Assembly: GCA_964016885.1 (NCBI GenBank)
Contig: OZ024743.1
Span: 312,790,001 to 312,854,000 of the forward strand
Direction: 5' to 3'
DNA length: 64,000 nucleotides
From: Eledone cirrhosa
Taxonomy: Eukaryota
The translations under genes were made by a program, and so were the position numbers. Positions 15,374 to 29,019 of this stretch are shown piece by piece (position 1 is the first letter of the stretch; the number at the start of each line of letters is the position of its first letter). The notes under the pieces were generated by a model that searched no databases, was not told the origin of the DNA, and saw only the letters and a list, made by a program, of their open reading frames with translations.

Positions 15374-15494
15374 ATGATATTATCACATACCAGTGTTCTA
15401 GCATGATATTATCACATACCAGTGTTCTAGCATGATATTATCACATACCAGTGTTCTAGCATGATATTATCACATACCAGTGTTCTAGCATGAT
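15374..15494. repeat. Perfect 29-bp tandem repeat x4
   Basis: ATGATATTATCACATACCAGTGTTCTAGC. Confidence 0.95.
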
Positions 15495-15742
15495 CGCAAC
15501 TAAATGACTAAAACCAGTAAATAAATATAAGAATAAAAGAATATATCTAACCTTCTGTTAGCAATTCTTCCAACAGTTTTAAATATACTTTATACAAAAG
15601 GCATTTATGTACATATGCACACGCACATATATACACAAACAAAAGCAGTTACAATTTATTTTATGTTAAATAAAATTGAAAACACAAATTGTTTTCATAG
15701 AGATCAGTAAAGAAAATAAAGTAGAAAACTATTAGCACTAAC

Positions 15743-16710
15743 CTTTTTCACTAACACTTTCACTCTCCATATCAGGTTCTTCACAACTAGAACATTCTGG
15801 AGTTGATCGGATTTCGTCATCAGAACTACTAATCGACTGCTGTCTTTGTTTTTTACCTTTCTTGTGTTTATGCGGCTTAGGTGGAGGTGGCCTGACGCAG
15901 TCAGATGGGTCAGAACTCAGAGAATCATTGCGTAACATACTCTCAACTTTACGGCGGTTAGTTCTAGAACTTTTATTTGCAGCTGAATTAGGATCCAAAT
16001 GTTGTTTTCTATCGAAATACCTATCAGTTTCACCTCTATGTTCAATCTCTGATGCTTCTCTGTCATGGTGCCCTGTACTTACTACCTGTATTGATGATTG
16101 ATCAGTGATATATGAACTGTATTTATCTCCTTTCGAACCACGAATTCTTTCCCGATCTCTACTAGGGGATCGACCATCTTTTGTATCTGTAATATGGTCC
16201 TTCCTCTCTCTTTGGTGCTGCTCCCTTGGTAATTCTCTTTGTAAGTCTCCACGATAATCTCGAGAATGTGCTGGATGTTCCCTAATATGATCTCTCTTAT
16301 TTAATGAATCTCTGTGGCTTCTAACTGCTTCTTGTGGATGATCTTTATTTAGATCTGCACGTTGCTGATCTCTTTGGTGACGTGTAGCATTCCGTCGTCC
16401 GTGATGGCCACTAGAAGAATCAACATTTTTCCATTGTTCTTCTTCGAAACCATCTTTTTGGCGAGGCTCTCTAGAAGGCCTTGCATCTGTCTCATGATAA
16501 TCTTGATTATTTAAAACAGGGTCCTGGTAATGTTCAGATTCCAAATTAATTCTCCCTCGACGGCGATCCCCCTCACGGTGTCTGTCTGCCATCCAATCCT
16601 CATGTGGCTCTGCTGTACGTTCAACCCTCTCATTGCGATCGGCAGCTCTTTCTGATCTGTCGGCTCGGTCAGTGCGATGACTTCGGGATGAAAGAGACTC
16701 TTTTGAACCT
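15743..16710 (-). CDS. RIMS: Large internal exon of a RIM (regulating synaptic membrane exocytosis, RIMS1/2 / UNC-10-like) gene; charged linker between the Zn-finger and PDZ domains
   Basis: Open frame GSKESLSSRSHR...MLRNDSLSSDPSDCVRPPPPKPHKHKKGKKQRQQSISSSDDEIRSTPECSSCEEPDMESESVSEK(G). It matches the RIM motif as I recall it (LRNDSLSSDQSESVRPPPPKPH...SSSEEE..STPEYTSC....ESESVSEKG). Acceptor tttctttttcag|A at 16710 (phase 2); donor G|gttagt at 15743 (phase 1). Confidence 0.92.
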
Positions 16711-17629
16711 CTGAAAAAGAAAGAAATTTATTAAATATAGCGCAACTAGAAATTATATGTATTACTGCATATATTAAGTTTTACATACTAAGATACAAAC
16801 AAACATACAAGCATTTTAAAGCTGTTTCCTCTATTAAACTAGGGGTTTCTCCCTGCAGGTCCCATGACAAGTTTCTCCATTTTACCCTACTTTCTTCATT
16901 CCTGTTGACCAACTTTCATTTCATTTTTAGCCATATCCTTCTTGGTTTTCCCCTTCCTCTACTTCCTTCTACATTCATTTTCACCACTCCTCTCAGCCAA
17001 TCATTTCTTGTCCTCAACACATGACCCAGCCATCTCATTCCATTTCTTTTTACAACATTCATCACCAACATATGTGGGATTATTCTGCAAGTTTGTATAT
17101 CTGCATATGTGATAGAGGTCAGAATTTCTGAAAGTGATCATTTTGGTGCCAAGACAAAAAGTGCTCAGTCCACACTGTACAAGGGTCATTTTGGTGCCAT
17201 GACAAAAAACACCCAGTCCACACTGTAAAGTGATTATGTTGGTGTCATGACAAAAAGCACTCAGCCTACACTACAAAATGGTCATTTTGGTGACAATAAA
17301 ATATATCCAGTCCACACTGGGTATCACAACAAAAATAATGAAAGCTTTTTGAATGGTAATAATACTATTATGAAATGGAAGGAGCAACTACAACTATTTT
17401 CATCTGAACAGATTAAACTTAGCAGAGTTTAACTAAATGTTTACATTTATTGTCTAACCCATTAAACAGTGATGAAGGTGATAATGATATTGTATAGCCA
17501 GTAATTTACAGTACTTTAAATTTGTATTCAGCATACCTTTATCCCATTCACGTCTTAGAACTTTTACTTATTTATGGTTTTAAGAAGACAATAACCAGAA
17601 GAAATATTGTTAATATTTTCCTGACTATA

Positions 17630-17990
17630 CTTTTAGTGCTGGTGCCACAATAAAATGCACACAGTCCACCCTGTAAGGTTGTAGTGATGGCGCCATGATA
17701 TAAAGCCCCCGGTCCACCCAGTAAGGTTGTAGTGCTGGTGCCATGATAAAAAGCCCACGGTCCACCCTGTAAGGTGGTAATGCTGGTGCCACGACAAAAA
17801 GCACCTAGCCCACATTGTAAGAAGTTAGTGATGGGGCCACAATAATAAGTATCCAGTCCACCCTGTAATGAGGTAGTGCTGGTGCCACAATAAAAAAAAC
17901 CCTAGTTCACTCTGTAAAGTTGTACCACTGGTGCCATAATAAAATGCACTCAATATATGCTGTAAAGTGGTTGATGTTAGGAAGGGCATC
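17630..17990. repeat. Tandem expansion of the approximately 45-bp RTE/SINE 3'-UTR module (also 21170-21480, 47905-48200, 17135-17320)
   Basis: GGTGCCACAATAAAAAGCACCCAGTCCACCCTGTAAGGTGGTAGTGCT-like units leading into the GTTAGGAAGGGCATCC tail. Confidence 0.8.
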
Positions 17991-18264
17991 CAACCATAGA
18001 AACCAAACCAAAAATGGAACCAGAACAAGATATGGTCACTTGACCAGTCTAGTATCAAAACATGACAATCTGTCTAAGCCATGCAAGCATAGAAAATAGA
18101 CATTAAACAACACTCTATCTCCATGATATTTACATGGGATTTACTAAAATTATTAATCATTTCGTTTATGTTTTGCAAGATTCTTGATGTGAAATTATGT
18201 GTTGAAAGAGATATAGTTATATTAGAAATGGTCATTTTGCCAATAAAACCACACATGCACTTTC

Positions 18265-18545
18265 TAAAGTCTGTCTCAAGCCTGGTGGCACATTAGGCCG
18301 TTGCTTGAAGTGTCCGTGGCATGAAGTGACCGAGAGAACAATACTTCCACCTAGACAGGACACCAGTCCATCACAGGGTTAAGCCTGCAGCTATTACTGG
18401 TACTCATTTTCAGCTGAGTATACTGGAGCAATGTGAAATGAAGTGTTTTGCTCAAGAACACAACACACAACCCAATTCAAGAATTGAACCCACAACATTA
18501 TGATCCTAAGTCCAACACCCTTACCACAAGGTCACATGCCTCCAC
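18265..18545 (-). mobile_element. Older tRNA/CORE-like SINE family (copies also at about 4290-4565, 32380-32645 and 30275-30465)
   Basis: Shared CTCAGCTGAAAATGAGTACCAG...TGGACTGG..TCCTGTC...CTTGAGACAG body. Confidence 0.75.
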
Positions 18546-18758
18546 TTTAGGCATATTTTAATTTCTTACAGCAATTTTGTTTTAGCTTTAAATTATTTTA
18601 TAAACAAATAGACTGTGTTTCAATTGAAAAAACGGAAAACTCCAAGACTTTTAGTCATTATTAAATACACACTACGGGGTCGATAAAATAAAGTACCAGT
18701 AATGTACTGGGTAATTGCTGGCCTTGTGCCTAAAGTAGAAACAATTATTAAATACACA

Positions 18759-19300
18759 CTAGCAGAAAAACCACCCTATGGGTGGTTTTCTGCTAGCATG
18801 TGTAGTGTGTATATTGATATTATTCACAAATATATATGCATGTAAATATGATACATCAAATAAAATCGTAATTGACAATATTCACAGAAATTGAACAAAG
18901 CCTGTGTTACACTGTCTTCTGTAATCAGTAATCCATGATATATTTTAAAAAAGATGACATTATATATAAACTGCATTAGGAGAAAATTAGCGACGGAAAT
19001 ATATGCAATTATAAGTGTTATAATATAACGGCCGCTAACCAGAAGTGTTGACATTTGGCAGTATCGGTAGAGGGTCGGACGCCATGCTTTCCAGCATAGT
19101 TACGTCCCTTTACGATCTGAGTTCAAATCCCGCCGAGGTTGCCTTTCATCCTTACGGGTCGATAAAATAAAGTACCAGTAATGCACTGGGTAATTGCTGG
19201 CCTTGTGCCAAAAGTAGAAACAATTATTTATTCAAAGTAATCCAACTTATTTTACAAACGGGGTAAAAAAATATATTCTGGATGCAATCCTGCAAACCTT
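18759..19300 (-). mobile_element. Helitron-like non-autonomous repeat (second copy at about 38187-38750)
   Basis: Two dispersed homologous copies. Each ends on the minus strand in a GC-rich hairpin closed by CTAGT (CTAGCAGAAAACCACCC...GGGTGGTTTTTCTGCTAGT in this copy). Confidence 0.5.
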
Positions 19301-19938
19301 CCTTTATTATAGTTAAGATTGCCTTATTATAGAAGTTAATTGTAACTTTCCCTGTATATTTATGTAAGAATTTTCTAGCTAGTTAAGTAAGAAGAAAATG
19401 TTCCTAGCTTTGAGAATTTTTCCAATGGATGAATTAAAATTTGAACTTATAAGCATATGCCCAGTTACATGTAAGCAAGTGGTTGGGTGATAGAGGGTAT
19501 ATGTGTGTGGTAAAACGTTAAGCCAAGACCATATATAAAGAGTTAATGTTTTTATGATAAATTTAATGTTATCTGATGCATTTTTATATATGCGAAACAT
19601 GTGAGAAAAATATCTGATGGTACCATCAGATATATAAATGCACTATTTAACTAAAACCCAATGTTGTTCTTACTGTCATATCAAATAACAATCAATGGGA
19701 TGGGAGCAATCATTTGACTACAAATCCACCCCATCATCAACACATTCCAATCCCACTCTGGGTACATCCATGCTGACTGAGACAATCCTAAAATAAGTTT
19801 AATAATATAACTTAAGAATTTTATGATAAATTATGTATTTTTATACATCAAAATATGACAGAAAAATGTGACTGTACGAATATATATATATGGCTTCTTG
19901 CTCACATAAATTTCTTATTTTCATTTATATATATATAT

Positions 19939-20198
19939 AGCAAAAGAATGAAGAATAACATGGTCAGCTGTACAATAGGGCTTATTTAGTGTAAATAAAC
20001 CCTATTGTACAGCCGACCATGTTATTCTTCATTCTTTTGCTATTATTGCTCCAAGAAATGCCTAAGAACTTTCTTAAACCAGTCACCCAACTAAGGAAAC
20101 TTCTTGTTGAGTCAAACAACGCTGTATGTTAAAACTATCCTCGACACAGAGTACTCTTAACTTCTAGCTGGATTACCTTAACCGATACCTTGTCATCC
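19939..20198 (+). mobile_element. Short relative of the 60.3-61.4 kb element (hairpin plus tail)
   Basis: Hairpin arms at 19937-19988 and 19992-20043. The sequence AAATAAA..CCTATTGTACAGCCGACCATGTTA..GGAAACTTCTTGTTGAGTCAAACAA..GAGTACTCT..GGATTACC..TTGTCATCC aligns with the minus strand of 60325-60545. (TA)n on both sides. Confidence 0.7.
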
Positions 20199-20382
20199 TA
20201 TATATATATATATATATACACACATACACATTGGGTAGGCACCAGGAAGTGCATCTGGCTATAAACCTGCCTGAAAAATCTTGTTCAACTCATGCTATAA
20301 TTTTCCTAACTTTTTCTTTCTCCTAATACACAGAGCTAGAGACTGTGTTGTGTTTAAAACATAAATTAACCCTTTTTAGGTG

Positions 20383-20780
20383 ATCATCATCATCATCATC
20401 ATCATTTTACGTCTGCTTTTCCCTGCTTGCAAGGGTGGGATGGGTCCTATTCAGCACAGTATCTCTCCACTTGTCACAGTCCTTTGTCATCTCCACCGTG
20501 AGCTTCAGCAATCTGAAGTCTGCTGTCTCCACCTCTGCCCATGTTTTTTGTGGTCTTCCTCTACTACGTCTTCCTTCAACTGGAATTTCTTGGTACTTCT
20601 TCACCCATCGGTCATCCTCCATGCGCATCACATGTTCATACCATCGCAGTCTCCTCTCCCGCACACAATAATTTATCACTCTCAGACACAGTTTCTCTCT
20701 CAACACGTCCATGCTTGGCCGTTCAAGCATATTAACATTGCACATCCAACGGAGCATGCTTGCCTCAATGTGGTTCATAC
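20383..20780 (-). mobile_element. RTE 3' fragment
   Basis: ORF EASMLRWMC...RERRLRWYEHVMR...RGRPQKTW, with a (CAT)n tail on the + strand. Confidence 0.9.
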
Positions 20781-22952
20781 TAAAAGATCTGTTTAATCAG
20801 TTCAATACATTGCTAACAAAGACTGTCTTCCACTTCTCCCATTCAGTTTTCATTCATATAATATTTAGATGTAGTACAAAAATATATAAAATGTTTTTCA
20901 AATCCCTTTACTATTAAGGTGAAAAGAAGGACATCCAACCATAGAAAGCTTTCCAAACAAAGGATTGGGATGACCCTTCAGTTGTGTCAGAAACATGACA
21001 ACCTCTCCTGTGCACTCGGTAGAAAGTAAGACTATGTAAGTGAGATGCAGACCCCCAGCCTGTCTTGAAGATCAGTGGCCCCACTTCAGTACTAACAAAA
21101 TAACAAACATTTTCAGGAACATAATTTAGAAAGCTAGATCAATAATCAATAATGATCATGCTATTGTTAGTGTCACACTGGAATGCACCCAGTCCATTCT
21201 GCTGGTGACATGATAAAATGCACACAGTCCACTCTAAAAAGTGGTAGTGCTGGTGCCCTGATAACATGCACAGTCTATACAGAAAAGTGCTAGGGTTGGC
21301 ATCTAGTATACACTGTAAAATGTTAGTGCCTATGCCACAGTAACATGCATCCAACCCACCCTGAAAAGTGGTAATGCTGGTGTCACAATAAAATGCACCC
21401 AGTACACTCTATAAAGTGGTAGTATAGGTGCTATGATAAAATGCACCCAGAACACTCTGTAAAGTGTTTGGCCTTAGGAAAGGCATCTAGCAATAAAAAA
21501 AAATGCCAAACTGGAATGTATGAGCAGGATGTGGTCTTCTGTCTTGTCTAATCTCAGACAACCTGTTCAACCAATGCCAGCATAGAAAACAGATGTAAGA
21601 CAATAATAAAAATAATAATTGTATTACACAGAAACTATATAATATGAGAGCTAGAGCTTGTTAATGCTGTCTTCTCCATTTGGGAGTTAGTGCTGTCATG
21701 GTTGTTTTAGCAGGAGTTGTGAATGCAGGTCAGTGGTTGGTTTACGGTATTTTCTGAAAGCACCCAAAACAGACTGTAAAGTTGTTGTTGTTAGAAAGCT
21801 TACCAAACAAGGGGTTAGGAGGACCCTTCAGTTTGTGTCAAAAGACATGACAACTTCTCTTCTGCACTCAATTTTACCGTATGTAAGGACGATACAGACC
21901 TCTCAGCCTGCCTGAGAGTTCAGTGGCCCTGCTTCAGTAATGACTTGGTCTATGTAGACATATCTAACCCTTGCTATCAGGGAAAGTGGACATTAAATGA
22001 TGATGTGGAGGATTATATATATATATATTATTGTTTTACTTTACAAAAACTATGTAATATGACATCTGCAGCTTGATAACATCTGTTTTCTCCATACCAG
22101 TATTTGGTGCAAGTTGATAGTTGGTTTACATAACAAGGGTCAGGAAATATGGATGATATCTGAGATCCAGTATAGATGTTGTTTAGTTTATAACTGGCTT
22201 GAGTTTAAGGTTGGCTCTGATTTCTGAGTGTTCTGTTTACGGTTTAGGACAATTGGTGGTCTTATTTAGATAGCTTTGGATTTGTTCTGGATGTATTTAC
22301 ATTTATGTTAACATTTATATTAACAAGAACAAAAGCAGAGGAGAACAATACAATACAATGCTGATATATATTAGTTTAACGTTTTATATAGTAGGAAAAG
22401 AGTCATAATGTTTCAGATCTTAGTCTTTCTTCAGAAGGTAGAATGAGAAAAAGACAAAAGGATGTTTGAGAGAGAGAAGAAATAGAAAAAAGAAAGCAGG
22501 GAAAAATTTAGACAGGAGGAAAGCACGTGTGTAGTTAGCCAGCCACATATATACACATATACACTATATATATATAGTGTAACTTAATAAGTATCTCTTA
22601 ATCCACTAAATGGAGATTAAATAGTGCAATTGAGTTGATGAAAATGAAACAGCCTAATCTTTTATTAAAATGGACTAAATGAACTGACCTATAAATGAAA
22701 AATTACTGATATATCATAATATTAAACACACACACATGCGCTAATATGGGAAACATATAAACATACAAAAGAGCAAGCATGACTGTGTGATTAAGGAGTG
22801 TACATCACAACCACATGTTTTCAGGTTCAGTCCCACTGTATGGCAGTTAGGTCCAGTGATTTCTACTATAGCCTCAGTCTTGTGAAATGTTATAGATGGA
22901 AAGTGTACAAGCTGACCATGTGTGCGTGTGTTTATATATATATGTCTAGATA

Positions 22953-23287
22953 GAGGCACATGGCTTAGTGGTTAGAGCATTGGCCTTGCAATCGAAAGGT
23001 TGTGAGTTCAATTCTCGGACCGGGTGAGCAAGACACTTTATTTCACATTGCTCCAGTCTACTCAGCTGTAGAAATGAGATGATAGGGACTGGGGTCCCTA
23101 TCATTCCACTACAAAGTGGTCGTGGAGGTGCCATGGCAAAAAAGCACCCAGCACTCACTGTAAATGAGGTTGGTGTTAGGAAGGGCATCCAGCTGTAGAA
23201 ATCAAGCCAGAATCAGTTCCCATTCCACCCTTGCAAGCAGGGAAAAAAGCGGACGTAAAATGAAATGATGATGATGATGATGATGAT
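22953..23287 (+). mobile_element. Same SINE family
   Basis: A/B boxes, body and (GAT)n tail. Confidence 0.9.
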
Positions 23288-23292
23288 GTTGT

Positions 23293-23530
23293 AATGTACA
23301 CCATATCTCTACATGCTAAAAGGTGCACTATATGTCTACATGTTGAAAAGTACACCATATCATTACATGTTGTAAGATGCACTATATTTCAACATGTAAG
23401 GTACGCTATATGTCTACATGAAGAAAGGTACACCATATCTCTAAATGTTGTAAGGTACATTATTTCTACTACATGTTGTAAGGTATGCCATGCCTACATG
23501 TTGTAAGGTATAACATATCACTACATGTAA
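23293..23530. repeat. Degenerate tandem repeat, unit about 27 bp
   Basis: CTACATGTTGTAAGGTACACCATATCT-like units. Confidence 0.75.
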
Positions 23531-25129
23531 GAGATGATTACAGGAGTTGATGCCAGGAAGGGCATATGGCCAACAATAAAGGACCTCAAAGGTATGATTA
23601 ACCTTTAAACCCATGCAAGCGTGGAAGATGGACGTTAAACGATGATGATTACCAACCCGGCCAAAACCAGCTCTGGTACTGTGAAACAAAATCACCCATT
23701 TTAAAGGTTTCCAATTTAAATTAAAATCTTCCATAATAATTTTATATAAGAACTATACATTAAGTTACAATCTTAGTAATGAAATAATTGATCATTTATT
23801 AACAAATTGAAATAGAAATATAATCATTAAAGGGTTAACCCTGCCATGTTAATTGTGGCTTTAGAATGGAAAATAGGCTTAAAATATTTGTTGTTTTCAC
23901 TATTTTTTCCATCCTCTTTTGGAAGTATATCAGAAGAGGGAGCTAGCATCTTGTTCAACTGTCCCCCACCCCCTCTTTCTTGAGAAAAGTACTCTGTGAG
24001 TGGTCCACCTTGAAGCAGAATCAACCGATCACTTTATTGAACTGAACCCCCAAAATGTAGGTAAAGTCAACCGCAGCAAAATGTAATATTAAAGCACAGA
24101 GAGTCAGAATAGATATTGTAAAGTATTTAATATCATGCTTTAATGACTCAACTACTTTATTTATGATATATTTGAACATTTAGGATGAAATCTATGTAAA
24201 AATGTATTTTATGAAAAAGACCTTTTTACCCAATCAGATTTTCAGCAGTTCAGTTAATCATCAACACCATTCAGAGCAACAAGCTATGTTTACACTTTTG
24301 CCCTTCCCATAAATATAATGGTTTCTAATTTGGACATAAGGCAAACAATTTTAGGGGGGGGGGGTCGATTATATCCACCCCTGTGCATAACTGGCACTTT
24401 ATTTTATTGATCCCGTAAGGATGTAAGGCAAAGCCAACCTTGGCAGGATTTGAACTCAGAACATAAAGGGTTGTAACTATATGCCAAAAGAGCATGTTGT
24501 CCAACATAAATATAATGATCCATACAGACCTGTAGATATTATAATTCGGTGACTAGTATGTGAAATAAATTACTCTTCTATCTTTTTATTTTTTTAGATG
24601 TCTTCAAGCCTCTTCCTTTCTATCTTGTCCAAAGTAGTCTTATACCTTCCCTGATCACCTTCATGTACTATTCAAAATCGTCCCTCATCCATCTCCTCTT
24701 TTTCTGTCTGCCCCTCTTTATCAGTCTCTCTCTTGGAATACATGCTACATTTGGTTCTAAATATAATACTATTACAAGTGAATGAAATCACATGATGGAA
24801 AATAAATCTTATGATATTTTTGTTACCATAAATCTAATGAAATCCACTGCCTATGATTTTCAAATAATTTGAAAGTAATGGAAAATTTGGAGGGATTTTT
24901 CAATATAGCTATATTTTTTTTTTTTTTTCATTATTAAGCTGGTGTTTGAAACATAAAATTATGATGGGAGGTTTTTAGGTAAGTATAAGCATTTAAAAAC
25001 AAACAGCTATATATCATAGAACCAGGGTCCATTTCTGGCAAGTTGGTATAAAAAGGGATAAACATTTCTCTATTGGCTTAAGTGCTAAGAGTATGTTGTA
25101 AATACTAGCATGATATCACAAATGGAATA

Positions 25130-25690
25130 TCATTATTTTTACATCTACCTTTCCATGCTTGCATGGGTTTGATGAGTCTTCACTATCACAGCTTTCCTCC
25201 TTTTGTAGTGTTCCTTCATAATTTATTTGCATCTCCATATATGAGTAAACTGTGCACAGTTATAAACTACATGTATATTTATAAACATTGAAGTTTTGGT
25301 TCTAGACTAGACCTAAAGTGGTGAGATCAGCTCTCACCACTTCTGCCCAGGTTTTCTGAAGCTACTTTCCACTCAGAACTTCTGTCACTTCTTTACCTAA
25401 TGACCATCATCAAAATGCATTATATGTTCATACCAATGCAGTTGTCTCTCTTGCACACTACATATGGTTCTTTTAATACCTAGTTTTTCCTTCAACTCAT
25501 CTATGCTTCTTCATTCATTCACACTAACATTATACATCAAGGGGAAGATGGTAGCTTCATTTCTTTCTAGCCTTCACATGTCCTTTACATGCAATCCTCA
25601 TGTCTAACATGTTGTACTCAGACACCATATAATAAGTCTACCAGTCACTTGGAGAGAGCACCCTTATGTTATCAGCAGAGGTGACAGAAG
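25130..25690 (-). mobile_element. Decayed RTE 3' fragment
   Basis: Similar to the 20383-20780 copy; CCATGCTTGCATGG tail motif. Confidence 0.65.
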
Positions 25691-27101
25691 TAATGTTTAC
25701 ATTTAAATGTTTATCCAAACAATATACTGATATATCATTTTTTTTAAAATGTAAGTCAGTAGCTCATAGGAAGTACTAGAAGAGTGCTCTTAAGTGAATT
25801 ATTGTTTTGAGTTTGAATTTCAGCAAAATTGTATGAGCATAACATGTTAGCTGGTTAAAATCAAGTGTTTTAAGTTTACCATATATTAACTTGAGATTGG
25901 CTACATATACATGGTGTATATTGACATTTAAAAGCTGTGATTCAGCTATCTAATTTAAGATGGTAAGTTTTTTTGGTCCCTTGGCTTAATGGTTCAAAGC
26001 ATCTAGTCGGGATTTATGAGATATGGGGTTCAGTTCCTCATCTTTAAGGGTCTTCACTCTATTTTATAAGCTATTTTATAGCATCTCCATGCATGAGCAC
26101 TAAATGTATAGTTATAAACATTGAAGTTTTGGTTCTAGACTGAAACTAAAGTAATATAGTACAAGGAGGAGAGTTAAGGAAGACATTAATAGGTTTTGAA
26201 CTCAGCATGCAGAGAGTCAGAACAAATATCACAACACATTCTAACCGATGCCTTTATGATCCAGCCAACGTTCATCTTATTTCCTTGATTCAACAATGCA
26301 CATGATGCAAATAATATTTTCTTATAAATCTAATATGATGATAATGTATGTATTAAAACAATATGCCAACAAAATCATCGTCACAATAAAGTGATAAACT
26401 TTGGTTTATTGAAGACTTTGAAGTCTTACTATCTCAGCAGAATTTCTGTAGTAGAGGGTAACAAGTCTATTTTACAGTCAACAAAATCAGTTAACTTCAA
26501 GAATCCATTCTTGTAGGTGATAAAAATGAGGACTAAACGTTTAATGTTATTAACCAATCCTTCCGATATTACTATTAATTGTCACAACCATAAATCAAGG
26601 TGGACTGCATAAAGTCATGAAATTTCTTTTATCATCAAATACTGCGTTTTATAAACTGATCTACAGGAATTTTCAAGCTGAGCAATTATTAATATTACTG
26701 AACAGTTTTTAATAAGAGAGTCATCATTGTTTTACATCCAATCAATTTTATTAAGAACATTATAGAAATCAACCAATGCCAACATGGACAAATAATGATG
26801 ATAATGATGATGATGAGTTCAATAACACTGATCATGATCATCATCATCATTTTACATCTGATTTTTCCATGCTGGCATAGGTTTGGATGAAACTGTTTTT
26901 AAGGCAGAATTCTGTAGCTGTAAACTCCTTCTGATTTCCACTCTTGTTTTTAAGTAAGATACTGATTTTTGTGTGCTGTACTTGCTGAGCCACAGTACAA
27001 ATTGTTTTATGTGGGATATAAACAAACATCAACCTATGTACATGTTGTGACAAATGGGAAGACACAAACTTACACATACATACACGAATACTGTAAGTTA
27101 A

Positions 27102-27330
27102 TTAACCCTTTAGCATTTAAACGGGCTGTATACGGCCAGAATTCCCTCACCTCTTTCTATTCAAACTGGCTCTAGCTGGTCACTCATACTTATGTTAAGT
27201 TATTTTTCTCAAAATAAATAATATTGAAATTACATAGCTTCGGTATTATGTGAGATATTTATGTGAAGTAAAGGCTTTACCACAAAAATATAATAGTATA
27301 TATAGAGTAATATAAATGCTAAAGGGTTAA
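27102..27330. mobile_element. piggyBac-type MITE family B (also 14366-14567, 32000-32211, 45355-45583; partial at 59315-59368)
   Basis: TTAA|CCCTTTAGCATTTA...TAAATGCTAAAGGG|TTAA: TTAA target duplication and 14-bp TIRs. Confidence 0.85.
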
Positions 27331-28050
27331 ACAACTGCAAATGATTTATAGAATTTCTGATACATTTTCTGTTTATAACATTACAACAGGTATAAGCAGA
27401 GCTGGCACATGAGTATTTAGTATCTGTAGCTAAGTCTACAAAGTGTGCTCTCCTCTACTAATTATGTGCCTCATTCTCCTAAATAGAATAATTTTAACAT
27501 AGTGACACACATTGCTATGACCACACTAAGAAAATTACAATACCTGCATTTCCACTATACAGTCCACACTCACCCATGCCAGATCATGTGACAGGTTATG
27601 ACACCATACAAACATCTCCACCACTTTTCCATAACTATTTCCATAACACTGCTATAGAGTAAAGATGTTTGGTGATTTATTGATTGATTACAGGAAATTA
27701 TTATGTAATCAATTTAATTATACAAATTTGTATAAAACTGTGAGGCTGTAAAGTTCAGTAAGGCATTCTCCAAGGCCTTCACTCTATGTGGCTGCCTAGT
27801 TGACCTTAATGGTAGCCCAGGGTACAGATAGTACAGATATAAATGATAGTTACAATACAGTTACAGTACATCTATATTATATTACATGTATTGACCTTAC
27901 AAAAGGTATATTGCCTCTAATGACAATCCAAATAAACTGTTGTCAATAATTATTACACTACAGTCAATATGTTGTCTACAATTATAATGAAATAGATACC
28001 TTGTCTCTAATGATATTGTAGTAGTATTAACTAGTTTCTCTCTAGTAATA

Positions 28051-28567
28051 TCATCATCATCATCACCGTTTAACATCGATTCTTCCATGCTAGAATGGGT
28101 TAGATGGGTTGTCCTGTTGTGAGCAATGCCAGGTCAGGTGACCATGTCTTGCTCATACAGAACTGATTTTGGCTTCTATAGCTGAATGCCCTTCCTAACA
28201 CCAACCTCATTTACAGTGAGTACTGGGTGCTTTTTTACTGTGGAACCTACATGACATCTTTACAGTATGGACTGGGTGCTTTTTTGTTGTCACACCTACA
28301 CGACCACGTGATAGTGGGAGGGGTGTGGGGGCATATTGTCTATATGCTTCAGCTTTGGCTTGTACCCATGGGAAGTCGGGTTTTCTGTATTATTGCGTAA
28401 CGCCAGAGGTCTCAGTCCTGTGTCATCGCCTTTGAGAGGTGCAATTGGGCAATGTCAGCCTTTATCACCTCATCCCAGGTCTTCTTGGATCTCCCCACTC
28501 TAAGGCTTCCATCGACTTTTAGTGCTCTGCACCTTTCTATGCAGCTGTCATCCTTCATACGCATCAG
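28051..28567 (-). mobile_element. RTE 3' end, same subfamily as 62790-63222
   Basis: Reverse-complement match to the 3' end and UTR of the 61381-63222 element. Confidence 0.85.
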
Positions 28568-29019
28568 ATCTATATATATTTATATAAAACTGTCTGTATG
28601 TAGACTACATAATCTATACTACCTGTAATGATATTACATGATACACTATCATTAGATCCAATTAGATTAATTATATATACTACAGTATATAGTAAATTTA
28701 ATATTACATAGACGAGAGGGCTCGTGAGTTTAATCCCACAATGCAGTAACTTGAGCAACTGTCTTTTACTATATTCTCCATTTGAGACAAGCTTTGTAAG
28801 TAAAATTGGGTAGCCAGAAACTGTTTAGAAGCTTATTAACTGGACTGAACATCTAATATAAAATCCAGCCTAATCACACTGTCTCACACTGAATCACCTT
28901 GAAATTTACGTGGAAAGTACGTATCTGTGGAATATTCAGCCATTTATACTTTAATAAAGGACAAACTGTACCAGTAATTCACAAAGCCAGCCTTGTCACA
29001 TATTGTACAATGCAACAAC

